Positions 30,114 through 39,534 of a DNA stretch of 64,000 nucleotides are shown here, piece after piece. Source of the stretch: a virus; the IMG/VR virus record IMGVR_UViG_3300046804_003518, positions 64,001 through 128,000 of that record. One strand, given 5' to 3'. Below the pieces are notes generated by a model. That model saw only the letters and a program-made list of their open reading frames with translations. It did no database searches and had not been told where the DNA came from. The first letter of the stretch is position 1, and every line of letters begins with the position of its first letter. Made by a program: the position numbers and the translations under genes.

Positions 30114-31076
30114 ATGGAAATTAAAATTGAAATCGAGGAGCTACGAAAGAGATCCCTCTTTGTAGCAACTCCAATGTACGGTGGCCAGTGTCATGGTAAC
30201 TATACTCGCTCAATGTGCGACCTAACAGCACTTTGTGTAAAGTATGGTATCAATATGAAGGTCTACTACCTATTCAATGAGTCGCTAATCACCAGAGCAC
30301 GTAACTACTGTGCCGATGAGTTTATGAGAAGCGATTTCACCCATATGATGTTTATTGACTCCGATATCGGATTTGATCCAAACGATGTTATTACATTGTT
30401 GGCTCTTCAGTCCGATGAATCACCATATGACATCATTGGTGGTCCATATCCCAAGAAGTGCATCTCTTGGGAAAAGGTTAAGCAAGCTGTTGATAAGGGT
30501 GTTGCTGATGAAAATCCAAACGCTCTTGATCAGTTTGTCGGTGACTATGTTTTCAATCCTGTTATCGCTAAGGAAGGCCCAACTCAGATTAAGTTGAGTG
30601 AGCCAGCTGAGGTACTAGAGATTGGTACTGGCTTCATGATGATTCGTAAAAACACATTCAGGAAGTTCCGGGAAACATTCCCATATCAGTCATATAAGCC
30701 AGACCATGTTCGTACAGAACACTTTGATGGTTCAAGAGAGATCTTTGCTTTCTTCGATACACCAATTGATGGCAAGAGAATGTACATGGGTGCTGAGCTA
30801 AAGGCATACTTGGAAGCTAATCCAAACGCAACACCTGATGATATTGTTAAGTTTGTTGATGATCCAAACAACACTGTATTAAGACAGTACTCGAAGAGAT
30901 ATCTCTCTGAAGACTACATGTTCTGTCAGTGGGTTCGTAACATGGGCTTGAAGGTTTGGTTGTGTCCTTGGATGCAGTTGAACCATACTGGTTCTTATAC
31001 GTTTGGTGGTAGCCTAGCTGCTCTAGCGTCTGTTGGTGCAGCGGCGACAGCCGACATTTCGAAAATTAAAAAGTAA
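30114..31076 (+). CDS. GT-A fold glycosyltransferase-like protein
   Basis: ATPMYGG, ESLITRARN, FIDSD (DxD), GTGFMMI, YLSEDYMFC. Confidence 0.8.
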   Translation: MEIKIEIEELRKRSLFVATPMYGGQCHGNYTRSMCDLTALCVKYGINMKVYYLFNESLITRARNYCADEFMRSDFTHMMFIDSDIGFDPNDVITLLALQSDESPYDIIGGPYPKKCISWEKVKQAVDKGVADENPNALDQFVGDYVFNPVIAKEGPTQIKLSEPAEVLEIGTGFMMIRKNTFRKFRETFPYQSYKPDHVRTEHFDGSREIFAFFDTPIDGKRMYMGAELKAYLEANPNATPDDIVKFVDDPNNTVLRQYSKRYLSEDYMFCQWVRNMGLKVWLCPWMQLNHTGSYTFGGSLAALASVGAAATADISKIKK

Positions 31077-31093
31077 TTTGAGGTAATTATATT

Positions 31094-31369
31094 ATGGCAT
31101 TTGATAAGCAAAAGGTGAAGGCAGTCCTTGTTGAAGTTTCCAATTCAATGACACGCATTGATGCAGAAAAGGAATTCATTAAGGATGCAATTGATGCTGC
31201 ATCTAAGATCCATGAAATTCCTAAGAAGACCCTCAACAAGATGGCAAAGGTATTCCACAAGAATAACTATGCCCAAGAGTTATCTTCAATTGAAGAGTTT
31301 ACTACAATGTATGAGAACATTGTAGGTAATGTATCGATGGTAGAACACGAGCGTCGCCATCGGGAATAA
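31094..31369 (+). CDS. Double-stranded DNA-binding protein, T4 DsbA-like
   Basis: Helical ~90 aa protein, K..NKMAKVFHK.N pattern similar to T4 DsbA. Confidence 0.6.
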   Translation: MAFDKQKVKAVLVEVSNSMTRIDAEKEFIKDAIDAASKIHEIPKKTLNKMAKVFHKNNYAQELSSIEEFTTMYENIVGNVSMVEHERRHRE

Positions 31370-32148
31370 TGAAGAATAACTTAGTTATCTATACTCCTAG
31401 AACTGGTAGTACATTCTTAACGGAAATATTAGCTGCTAGTACTGGAACTGTTAATCTAAACGAGTCTATTGTAGATAGTTGTGTTTCAGCTTTTAATAGA
31501 CAAGAAGTTTTTAGCAATCCGTACTATGCAGCCTACCGACCAAGTTTACAAGCATTAATTAATAAAGAATTTTCTGAGGGGGGTACCCGTAGCTTTAAAC
31601 CATATGCTGATGCTAAACAGCTTAGAATTAATTTGTTAAAGCAGACAAGTATGTGGACAGTAAAAGAAACATCATCACCCTTTCAAAATAATTTTGAATT
31701 TGTTAAGTACTGTTGTAATTCTGATGATGTAAATGTGTATATGGTTTACAGGAAGGATATTGTCTCACAATTCATTTCCTTTATACACATGGTCAACAAC
31801 AAATCAATATTCACCCAGAGTGATATTGGTAACTCAGAATTAAAGCCTGGTAACATTACAGATAGAACAATAGCAGCAAAGACTCCAGTGTTTGTTGATA
31901 TGTTAGTCTACTGGAGACTTCTTTATGAAATGTTTAAGGACAAGGTAACGCTAGTTAACTATGAAGATGTAATCAAGACGATGGACTTCTCATCTCTTGG
32001 AATTGATAAAGATGTTGTGGAAAAATACAATATGAGGGATAATCATATTGTTCCAACACCATACAAGTATGGTGATATGAATAGTCCTACTTGGCATGCA
32101 GCGATCAATACTATTGAAAGCGTCAAGTGGGTTACAAATACATTATGA
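31369..32148 (+). CDS. Sulfotransferase-like protein (Stf0-type P-loop)
   Basis: TPRTGSTFL 5'-PAPS loop, YRKDIVSQFIS 3'-PB motif, YED. Confidence 0.7.
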   Translation: MKNNLVIYTPRTGSTFLTEILAASTGTVNLNESIVDSCVSAFNRQEVFSNPYYAAYRPSLQALINKEFSEGGTRSFKPYADAKQLRINLLKQTSMWTVKETSSPFQNNFEFVKYCCNSDDVNVYMVYRKDIVSQFISFIHMVNNKSIFTQSDIGNSELKPGNITDRTIAAKTPVFVDMLVYWRLLYEMFKDKVTLVNYEDVIKTMDFSSLGIDKDVVEKYNMRDNHIVPTPYKYGDMNSPTWHAAINTIESVKWVTNTL

Positions 32149-32157
32149 GGTTATATT

Positions 32158-32832
32158 ATGAAAATTTCAAGTCAGACCTTACAGGTCCTGAAGAACTTTG
32201 CTTCGATCAATCCTAATCTGTTGGTGAAGCCGGGAAACGTACTAAGCACAATCAGCACTAATAAAAACATATTTGCGAAGGCTACGGTTGCTGAGTCGTT
32301 CCCGGCTTCATTTGCTATCTACGACATGCAGCAATTCCTCGGTGTTATTAGCATCTTTGAGGATCCAGATTTTACCTTTGGTGATAAGTCTGTAACTATC
32401 TCCTCTGAGGGAAGATCGGTTGACTATATCTACGCCAACCAAGAAACAATTGTGGCTCCTTCTGACAGCGTTGCTCAAAAGATTGCAGTCAACAATCCTG
32501 AGATTACATTTGACCTTACAGCTCAAGGACTAAACGAGGTTGTTAAGGCGACTGCAATTCTACAACTTGATAAGATTAATGTTGTAAGCAGTAACGGTGT
32601 AGTTAGTGTTGTTGTAGCAGACCCTAAGAACCCATCTTCCAATAAGTTCTCGCTAAAGGTGAATGGCACATCTACATCTGATCTGGCTATGGCATTTGCT
32701 GCTGAGAATCTGAAGGTAGTTGCTGGAGATTATAAGGTAAACTTATCATCTAATGGTATTGGTTCGTTTAAGAATGATAAGCTGAACCTCGAATACTTTG
32801 TTGCTGCAGATACTAAGTCAAAGAAGGCTTAA
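32158..32832 (+). CDS. gp45: Sliding clamp gp45
   Basis: MKISSQTLQVLKNFASIN, FAIYD...FL; directly upstream of the clamp loader. Confidence 0.93.
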   Translation: MKISSQTLQVLKNFASINPNLLVKPGNVLSTISTNKNIFAKATVAESFPASFAIYDMQQFLGVISIFEDPDFTFGDKSVTISSEGRSVDYIYANQETIVAPSDSVAQKIAVNNPEITFDLTAQGLNEVVKATAILQLDKINVVSSNGVVSVVVADPKNPSSNKFSLKVNGTSTSDLAMAFAAENLKVVAGDYKVNLSSNGIGSFKNDKLNLEYFVAADTKSKKA

Positions 32833-32835
32833 TCC

Positions 32836-33774
32836 ATGTTACAGGAAGTGTTGTGGGTTGAAAAATACCGTCCTCGAACTATAGCTGATTGTATCCTACC
32901 AAAGGATATCAAGAAGACATTCCAGGCATTTATTGATAGTGGGACTATTCCTAACTTACTGCTAACAGGCACACAAGGTACTGGTAAGACAACTGCTGCC
33001 AGAGCTATGTGTGAACAGCTTCAGTGTGACTATATCATCATTAACGGTTCTATGAATGGTGGTATTGATACTCTAAGAAACGAGATCCAGCAGTTTGCTA
33101 GCACTGTATCGTTTAGCGGTGGTAGGAAGATGGTTATCCTCGATGAGGCCGACTATCTCAATGCTCAGTCGACTCAACCAGCTCTTAGAAACTTTATGGA
33201 AGAGTTTTCTAAGAACTGTGGATTCATTCTAACTTGTAACTTCAAGTCTAGAATCATTGAGCCACTACATTCAAGATGCTCTATTGTTGAGTTTAAGATT
33301 CCACCCAAGGAGAAGCCAACATTAGCTGGCGAGTTCTATAAGAGGACTCTCAACATCCTTGCTCAGGAAAACATTAAGTACAATAAGAATGTTGTAGGTG
33401 AGCTGATTGCTCGCCACTTCCCAGACTGGCGAAGAGTGTTGAATGAACTTCAGCGGTATAGCGTTGGTGGTGAGATTGATTCTGGTATTCTTGTTAATCT
33501 ATCAGATGAGCACTTCACTCAATTGATTACTATCCTAAAGGATAGAAGATTCAATGACATGAGGAAGTGGGTGGCTGAATCTAATGATATTGAGTCATCT
33601 GTCCTTTTTAGAAAGATCTATGACTCGTTATCTGTCCTTGTTAAGCAAACATCTGTTCCTCATGCAATCCTTATTCTTGCTGAGTATCAATATAAGGCAG
33701 CCTTCGTTGCAGACCAGGAAATCAACCTTGTTGCGTGTTTGAGTCAGCTGATGGCTGAGGTTGAATACCTATGA
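32836..33774 (+). CDS. gp44: Clamp loader large subunit gp44
   Basis: WVEKYRP, GTQGTGKTT, ILDEAD, SRC motif. Confidence 0.96.
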   Translation: MLQEVLWVEKYRPRTIADCILPKDIKKTFQAFIDSGTIPNLLLTGTQGTGKTTAARAMCEQLQCDYIIINGSMNGGIDTLRNEIQQFASTVSFSGGRKMVILDEADYLNAQSTQPALRNFMEEFSKNCGFILTCNFKSRIIEPLHSRCSIVEFKIPPKEKPTLAGEFYKRTLNILAQENIKYNKNVVGELIARHFPDWRRVLNELQRYSVGGEIDSGILVNLSDEHFTQLITILKDRRFNDMRKWVAESNDIESSVLFRKIYDSLSVLVKQTSVPHAILILAEYQYKAAFVADQEINLVACLSQLMAEVEYL

Positions 33775-34163
33775 ATCCGTTCGACTTTTTGAACGCCATC
33801 AATTATACAAAGATTGATGTCATATCTACCTCGGAAAATCCGGAAAAAGCCGAGAAATTGTACAACCCTTTCCTAACAAATCGTGGTTTATCGTATTTTG
33901 CGGATACTGTGCTGTATTGCAATGAAATGAACAGATACCACGAATTAGACAAAAAGCTCCAGTTTGATTTTCTTCTAAATAGTATTAGGAAGAACAAACG
34001 GTTCTCCAAATGGCATAAGGCTGAAGTAGACGAAGATACACAGCTTGTTAGTGACTACTATAAGTGCAACATTAGGAAGGCTAAAGAGATACTAACAATA
34101 CTATCTACAGAACAGCTTAGACAATTAAAAGAAAAAATGCATGTGGGTGGGGCGAACAAATGA
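33771..34163 (+). CDS. gp62: Clamp loader small subunit gp62
   Basis: YNPFLTNRGLSYF.D, EMN, KRFSKW. Confidence 0.92.
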   Translation: MNPFDFLNAINYTKIDVISTSENPEKAEKLYNPFLTNRGLSYFADTVLYCNEMNRYHELDKKLQFDFLLNSIRKNKRFSKWHKAEVDEDTQLVSDYYKCNIRKAKEILTILSTEQLRQLKEKMHVGGANK

Positions 34164-34585
34164 TTACAGTAGACAGTTTTATTGAGGTTACTCTAAAGCA
34201 GAACGATGACTTTCTAAAGGTTAAAGAGACATTAACCAGAATCGGCATTGCTTCCGAAAAGAACAAGACCCTCTATCAGTCTTGTCACATTCTCCATAAG
34301 AAAGGCAAATATTACATTGTACACTTCAAGGAGCTTTTTGCCCTTGATGGTAGACCATCGTCCTTAACAGATGATGATGTCGCAAGAAGAAATACTATCG
34401 TCAATCTACTTTCGGATTGGGGACTAGTAGGTCTCGTTGATGTGGAACGAACTAAAGAGCCAGTTGCGCCAATGAGACTAATCAAGGTCATTCCGTATAA
34501 GCAAAAGAACGAATGGCAATTGGTTACGAAGTATAACATTGGCCGATCAAAGAAAGAAGGCAATGCTAGTGAAGAAAGCAATTAA
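34160..34585 (+). CDS. regA: Translational repressor RegA
   Basis: DDFLKVKETLTRIGIAS, LYQSCHILHK.G.YYIVHFKELFALDG. Confidence 0.97.
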   Translation: MITVDSFIEVTLKQNDDFLKVKETLTRIGIASEKNKTLYQSCHILHKKGKYYIVHFKELFALDGRPSSLTDDDVARRNTIVNLLSDWGLVGLVDVERTKEPVAPMRLIKVIPYKQKNEWQLVTKYNIGRSKKEGNASEESN

Positions 34586-34603
34586 AGCAAATAGGAGAAA
34601 ATC

Positions 34604-34822
34604 ATGGAAACGTTAATTGTTGTTGTTATTGCAGCTGTTGTTGGTTACATCGCATGGAAGATCATTAAGAAGCCAGATGTAAACAACGATGGTAAGGTTG
34701 ATGCTCAAGACGTTGTTGCTGCCGCTAAGGAAGTCGCTACAGAGGTAAAGGCTGGAGCTGATAAGGCAGTTGAGAAGGTCAAGAAGGCTCGTAAGCCAAG
34801 AGCACCAAAAGCAGGCAAGTAA
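34604..34822 (+). CDS. Small membrane-anchored protein with an EF-hand-like loop
   Basis: N-terminal hydrophobic helix, DVNNDGKVDAQD, Lys/Ala-rich tail; AGGAG RBS. Confidence 0.7.
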   Translation: METLIVVVIAAVVGYIAWKIIKKPDVNNDGKVDAQDVVAAAKEVATEVKAGADKAVEKVKKARKPRAPKAGK

Positions 34823-34918
34823 ACGAAACTCGTTTAGTTGCATGTAGATACCTTGTAAGAACAGGGTATATTTGTAGTAAGAGATGGTTCTTATTACAGC
34901 AAAACCACGCGGATGTTG

Positions 34919-34993
34919 TAACTCCTTGATTCTACAGGAGTTGTAACTCCGCGTTTTTATTAGGAATTTTCAGTATATTGTAACTTGTTGATT
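34919..34993. promoter_or_regulatory. Two IHF-consensus sites
   Basis: TAACTCCTTGATT (34919-34931) and TAACTTGTTGATT (34981-34993) match YAANNNNTTGATW. Confidence 0.6.
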
Positions 34994-35010
34994 CTAAAGG
35001 GTATCTTCTG

Positions 35011-35039
35011 TTGACCTTAGACGACCGGTAGCGTATACT
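35011..35039 (+). promoter_or_regulatory. Early sigma70-type promoter
   Basis: TTGACC-N17-TATACT. Confidence 0.8.
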
Positions 35040-35113
35040 GCTCGCATTGGTTGGGTGGTCTGACCGATACCGAACTCCGGTTCGGGTTTTGTTATGTTGT
35101 GAGGATTTATATT

Positions 35114-35533
35114 ATGGCTTCTATTACTATTCCGGGAAACGATGGCCCGCTGACCATCGAGAACTTGCCGCTTAACAAGGTTGAGCGTGCATCTGCTGCT
35201 GCGGACACCTATGTGGCTGCTGGTCTTTCGAATACGGCCGTCATTGGCAAGATGTCGAAGTATCAGACCGAGGCTCAGGTTGACATTCCGGCTGCTGTGA
35301 CCAAGACGGTCAAGGCTAAGGCTCCTAAGGCTGTGGCTCCGGCTGCTCCGTCGAAGACCAAGCGTGCTAAGGGTGCTAACAACGCCAAGCGTGCTCGTGC
35401 TCTCGAGATGTTCAAGGACATGACCGCTCAGGGTCTCTCGCAGGAGAAGATGCTGAAGGCTGTTCAGGACGAACTCAAGATCACGTACGCGAACACGTAC
35501 TACTACTACTCGCGAGTGTTCAAGAAGGCCTAA
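35114..35533 (+). CDS. Early protein, Ala/Lys-rich with a possible C-terminal HTH
   Basis: GAGGA RBS before ATG 35114; GC3-rich codons; ITYANTYYYY helix. Confidence 0.7.
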   Translation: MASITIPGNDGPLTIENLPLNKVERASAAADTYVAAGLSNTAVIGKMSKYQTEAQVDIPAAVTKTVKAKAPKAVAPAAPSKTKRAKGANNAKRARALEMFKDMTAQGLSQEKMLKAVQDELKITYANTYYYYSRVFKKA

Positions 35534-35617
35534 TCGCCTTGGAGGCCGACAACCTGGCTGAAGTTGCCTTGTGTAACTCCCCACGTAATGTCGGCCTCCT
35601 CTTTTCTTGAGGTAAGT

Positions 35618-35833
35618 ATGTTTCAGAAATTTGATCCAGCACAGACGCAGAAGTTCTTAGAAGAGGCTAACAACATCGTTGCTACCGTTAGTTCGGTAAT
35701 GGCGAATGAAGGTAACGACCTCACATCGAAGGACCTCTACGATCTTGTTGAGCGAATTGAACGAGCAAGGAATCTTCTCTTGACCGTTGGTGACCGAAAG
35801 TACTTTATAGAGCGTGAGCAGGAAGTAGCCTAA
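35618..35833 (+). CDS. Hypothetical early protein
   Basis: GAGGT RBS before ATG 35618. Confidence 0.65.
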   Translation: MFQKFDPAQTQKFLEEANNIVATVSSVMANEGNDLTSKDLYDLVERIERARNLLLTVGDRKYFIEREQEVA

Positions 35834-36081
35834 TGAGTAAGTTGAAACACGATTTGATTGGTGAAGACTTCAAGAAGCTTCTTGGTGAGATGGTTGCAAG
35901 CCCTAATGTCTCTCTCGAAGAGGTTAAGGAGTTCTGCATTGAGCTGATCAATAAGGGTGTAAGTTCTCGAGCCAAGAAGGATGTGTTCATTCGCGAAGTG
36001 CAATCTGCAAAGCGAAAAGACATGGCCGCCTGGCCCGTGTATAGTTACATCTTGGCTGGTGAAGGTAAGAAGGTAGGTTAA
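35833..36081 (+). CDS. Hypothetical early protein
   Basis: Translationally coupled (TAATG). Confidence 0.65.
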   Translation: MSKLKHDLIGEDFKKLLGEMVASPNVSLEEVKEFCIELINKGVSSRAKKDVFIREVQSAKRKDMAAWPVYSYILAGEGKKVG

Positions 36082-36082
36082 T

Positions 36083-36400
36083 ATGGTCCACTACGAATAC
36101 GAAGCAAAGCATATGAGTTTCTATGAGATCAAAGAGGCGAATGGTTTTGTAAGTATGTGGTCAATCTATGATGGTGTCAATGACCCAAGTGAGCCATCAC
36201 CATACGAAGGCAAGACAATGTCCTATATGAACAATTGGGGCGAACCTGTAGAGGTGACGTTGCCTTCTGGTAAGTTGACATGGCTTCAGCTTTGGGCTGC
36301 TGCCGATAAGTGTATCAAACAGTCTGGCGATACACATCACATCTTCATCGAGGGGTTTAGGAAGAACGGTGGTATACTTGAATTGATTACAGGAAGTTGA
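36083..36400 (+). CDS. Hypothetical early protein
   Basis: Operonic spacing; HHIFIEGF motif. Confidence 0.65.
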   Translation: MVHYEYEAKHMSFYEIKEANGFVSMWSIYDGVNDPSEPSPYEGKTMSYMNNWGEPVEVTLPSGKLTWLQLWAAADKCIKQSGDTHHIFIEGFRKNGGILELITGS

Positions 36401-37797
36401 TGAGTGTAACAGCATCGCTTAAAGCAACAGACGGAATCTTTTCATCCTCACAGCGGACGCCACACAAAGTGGCCATCCGTTGTGGGGATCGCTCCGTTTC
36501 CTATTCTGAACTGACCAATAAGGTCAGACAAATCCAGCACTATTGTGTACATAAGCTCAAACTCAAGCCAGGTGATAGAGTATCGCTACTTGGTAACAAT
36601 TCAATAGAATACCTTGAGATATTAATCGCTCTAATTGATATTGGTGTTGGTGTGGTGACAATTAACCCAAAGTCTTCTCAGGAAGAGATTGACAGGTTGA
36701 GAAATGATTTGGTCACTTCAGTAAATTTTATTCTACGCGCCCCCCATATACTTTTTACTGAGGCCGGGGCTTATGAATCTACAGTAGATCTTTCGGAGGA
36801 ACTTCTAACTGACGAAGTAACCTTTGATTGGAATCTACCATCCACAATTATATTCTCTTCTGGTACAACGGGTAGATCCAAACCAATATTCATATCACAT
36901 AAGACAAGAGTTATGACATCTCTTTCTATGCCTCTGAGTTGGCGTTGGCAGCAAAATGATATCTACCTATCACTACCTTCTCTCTCTACGGGTGGAGGTA
37001 GTGGTTGTGCTCTTGCTGCTCTCTATATTGGAATGGAAGTTGTGATTCCTGAACAATACACAACCGAGTATCTTGTTGATATCATCAATAAGCGAAAGGT
37101 TACTACAATGGTAACAGTACCAGCACTTACCTATAAACTTGTCAACCAAAGATACAATCATGCAATCAATTCAGTAATATCAACTGCTGATGTTTTCCCT
37201 TATCAACTAAAAGTAGATGCCTACAACTTATGGCCAATGGCATTATATGAAACATATGCAACAACTGAGCATGGTCCAATAACATTACTCACACCTGATG
37301 ACCTTTGTAATAAACCAAACTCTGTTGGTCGTCCTTGTATTGGTTCAATGGTTAAAATCGTAGACGAACAAGGAGCTGGAGTTCCAACTAACACTCCAGG
37401 TAACATTGTAGCAACAACTCTCACACAAACAGGTGAAGGGTGGTTACCAACCAACGACATCGGATATCTTGATAGCGACAACTACCTTTACATTTTAGGT
37501 AGAGCTAATAATATGATTGTTACAAGAGGGTTCAATATACATCCTCTTGAAATTGAAGAAGCAATTAATCAGTATCCAGGAGTTGTTGAATCATGTGTTG
37601 TTGGTAAACAAAATGCCAGGTGGGGCGAGATACCTGTTGCCTTCATTGTTGGAGATGTAGATACTAGTTCGTTAAAGGCCTATCTCAGAAATAGGCTAGC
37701 AAAATATAAAGTTCCTCGTACATTTATCGTAGTTGAATCAATACCTAAGAATATTTTAGGTAAAATTGAACGCAACAAATTACGCGAACTATTATAA
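36397..37797 (+). CDS. ANL-superfamily AMP-forming acyl-CoA synthetase/adenylation enzyme
   Basis: FSSGTTGRSK P-loop, YATTE, TNDIG, GRANNMI, IPKNILGKI (A10 Lys). Confidence 0.88.
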   Translation: MMSVTASLKATDGIFSSSQRTPHKVAIRCGDRSVSYSELTNKVRQIQHYCVHKLKLKPGDRVSLLGNNSIEYLEILIALIDIGVGVVTINPKSSQEEIDRLRNDLVTSVNFILRAPHILFTEAGAYESTVDLSEELLTDEVTFDWNLPSTIIFSSGTTGRSKPIFISHKTRVMTSLSMPLSWRWQQNDIYLSLPSLSTGGGSGCALAALYIGMEVVIPEQYTTEYLVDIINKRKVTTMVTVPALTYKLVNQRYNHAINSVISTADVFPYQLKVDAYNLWPMALYETYATTEHGPITLLTPDDLCNKPNSVGRPCIGSMVKIVDEQGAGVPTNTPGNIVATTLTQTGEGWLPTNDIGYLDSDNYLYILGRANNMIVTRGFNIHPLEIEEAINQYPGVVESCVVGKQNARWGEIPVAFIVGDVDTSSLKAYLRNRLAKYKVPRTFIVVESIPKNILGKIERNKLRELL

Positions 37798-37800
37798 ATA
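37793..37800 (+). promoter_or_regulatory. T4-type late promoter TATAAATA
   Basis: Exact consensus upstream of hsp20. Confidence 0.75.
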
Positions 37801-37862
37801 ATACTGTAGATGCCATAACGGGTCTACTAAAACATTAACTCGCTTATTAAAGGAGATAAACT

Positions 37863-38348
37863 ATGACTAGACATACTCTAAGTCTATTCGATCAATTCGA
37901 TCGCGCGTGGCACAACCACTCAGTTGGCTTTGACAGAGCATTTGAAATTTTACAGCATGCTGCCAATGTCGCCAAGACCAACGACAACTTCCCACCCTAC
38001 TCTTTAGTTAAGAAGGACGACTTCAATTACGAATTGGAGATGGCTGTTGCCGGATTCAATGAAAAGGATTTGGAAATCGTTACTTCTAAAAACAGACTAT
38101 CTGTGGTTGGCATGAAGCCTGAGAAGGATGATCGTGAGTATATTGTGAAAGGAATTGCAGGACGCAGTTTCGCTCGTGAATTTGTTCTTGCTGATACTAT
38201 TGTTGTACGTGACGTGAACTTAATTGATGGTATTTTGACAATCAAGCTAGAAAATGTAGTACCTGAGGAGCAGAAGCCAAGGAAGATTACAATTGGTAAA
38301 AAGCCAATTGAGTCTAAGGCAGAACTACTTGTCGAAGAAGGCAAGTAA
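37863..38348 (+). CDS. Small heat shock protein Hsp20/IbpA family
   Basis: FPPYSL, LEMAVAGF, GIAGRSFAREF, DGILTI. Confidence 0.95.
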   Translation: MTRHTLSLFDQFDRAWHNHSVGFDRAFEILQHAANVAKTNDNFPPYSLVKKDDFNYELEMAVAGFNEKDLEIVTSKNRLSVVGMKPEKDDREYIVKGIAGRSFAREFVLADTIVVRDVNLIDGILTIKLENVVPEEQKPRKITIGKKPIESKAELLVEEGK

Positions 38349-38354
38349 CTAATG

Positions 38355-38384
38355 GAAAGGGGGCTGCAATGGCCCCCTTTCTTT
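38355..38384 (+). terminator. Rho-independent terminator
   Basis: GAAAGGGGGC...GCCCCCTTTC-TTT. Confidence 0.8.
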
Positions 38385-38465
38385 ATCAAATATTAAGATT
38401 TGATTAAGGCTTGACGTCTCAATGTTAAATATTGAAGGCAATGTTGCCATATAGGAGACATCTAA

Positions 38466-39509
38466 ATGAAATCTAAGTTAGCAATTCTTTTTGCTTTATC
38501 ACTACTTGTTGTATCTCATGTTGCCCATGCCCAGTCGCGTGATGCAATTTCAATTGTGGGATCTTCAACAGTATATCCATTCACAACAACTGTAGCAGAA
38601 CAGTTTGGTCGTCAGGGAAAGTTTAAGACACCAAAGGTGGAGTCAACAGGTACGGGTGGCGGCATTAAGCTATTCTGTAACGGTGTTGGTCCACAGTTTC
38701 CTGATATTGTTAATGCTTCTCGTAGGATGAAGGCAGCTGAATTTCAAACCTGTGTTCAGAATGGCGTAAAGGAAATTCTTGAAGTCAAGATTGGATTTGA
38801 TGGACTTACGATTTCTGAATCAAAGAAGGGTAAGCTTAACGCTTTAACTCGTAAGGATGTTTATCTTGCTCTTGCCAAGCAAGTTCCAAACCCTTCTAAT
38901 CCAACTGAGTTGATTGCTAACCCATATACAACATGGAAGGATGTTAACCCATCTCTACCAGCTGTCAAGATTGAAGTTCTTGGTCCACCACCAACAAGTG
39001 GTACGAGAGATTCATTTGCTGAGCTATTCATGGAAGCTGGTTGCCAACAATATCCATGGATTAAGTCTCTCAAGGATATTGATGAAAAAAGATATAAGAG
39101 AATTTGTCAAACACTTCGTGAAGATGGTGCATATGTTGAAGCTGGTGAGAATGACAACTTAATTGTACAAAAGATTCAATCAAATCCAAATGCTCTTGGT
39201 ATTTTTGGCTTCTCATTTCTTGAAGAAAATATGGATAAGTTAAAGGGTCTTGAGATAGATGGCGTTGCTCCAACGTTTGAAACTATCGCTTCTACTAAAT
39301 ACCCTACATCTCGTCCACTTTTCATTTATGTCAAGAAAGCGCACATTGGTACGATTCCTGGCCTAAAGGAGTTTGTGGTTGAGTACGTGAGCGAAAAGGC
39401 TACCGGTGAGGAAGGTTATCTAACTGACCGCGGCCTTGTTGCTCTTGATAAGTCAGCACTATCGAAAGTGCGTGCTGATGTTAATAATATGAAAAACTTC
39501 AAGCCATAA
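38466..39509 (+). CDS. pstS: Periplasmic phosphate-binding protein PstS
   Basis: Signal peptide; GSSTVYP, STGTGGG, ASR, SGTRDSF, SRPLFIY. Confidence 0.95.
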   Translation: MKSKLAILFALSLLVVSHVAHAQSRDAISIVGSSTVYPFTTTVAEQFGRQGKFKTPKVESTGTGGGIKLFCNGVGPQFPDIVNASRRMKAAEFQTCVQNGVKEILEVKIGFDGLTISESKKGKLNALTRKDVYLALAKQVPNPSNPTELIANPYTTWKDVNPSLPAVKIEVLGPPPTSGTRDSFAELFMEAGCQQYPWIKSLKDIDEKRYKRICQTLREDGAYVEAGENDNLIVQKIQSNPNALGIFGFSFLEENMDKLKGLEIDGVAPTFETIASTKYPTSRPLFIYVKKAHIGTIPGLKEFVVEYVSEKATGEEGYLTDRGLVALDKSALSKVRADVNNMKNFKP

Positions 39510-39534
39510 TTTCGTGGCGCAACAGGAGAAAGAA

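Noticed and set aside
34994-35584. Long minus-strand ORF (196 aa) and similar shadow ORFs (e.g. 12077-12562, 47676-48143, 52477-52980, 3933-4250)
   Set aside because: They lie antisense to well-supported + strand genes, lack RBS or recognisable motifs, and are expected from codon bias of the real gene.
29287-39509. Cyanophage assignment based on def, hsp20, pstS, MoxR/CobS and 2OG oxygenases
   Set aside because: These genes also occur in T4-like phages of heterotrophs. No photosynthesis genes are in the window, and the IHF sites, porin and plcP/agt favour a proteobacterial host. The host remains unproven.
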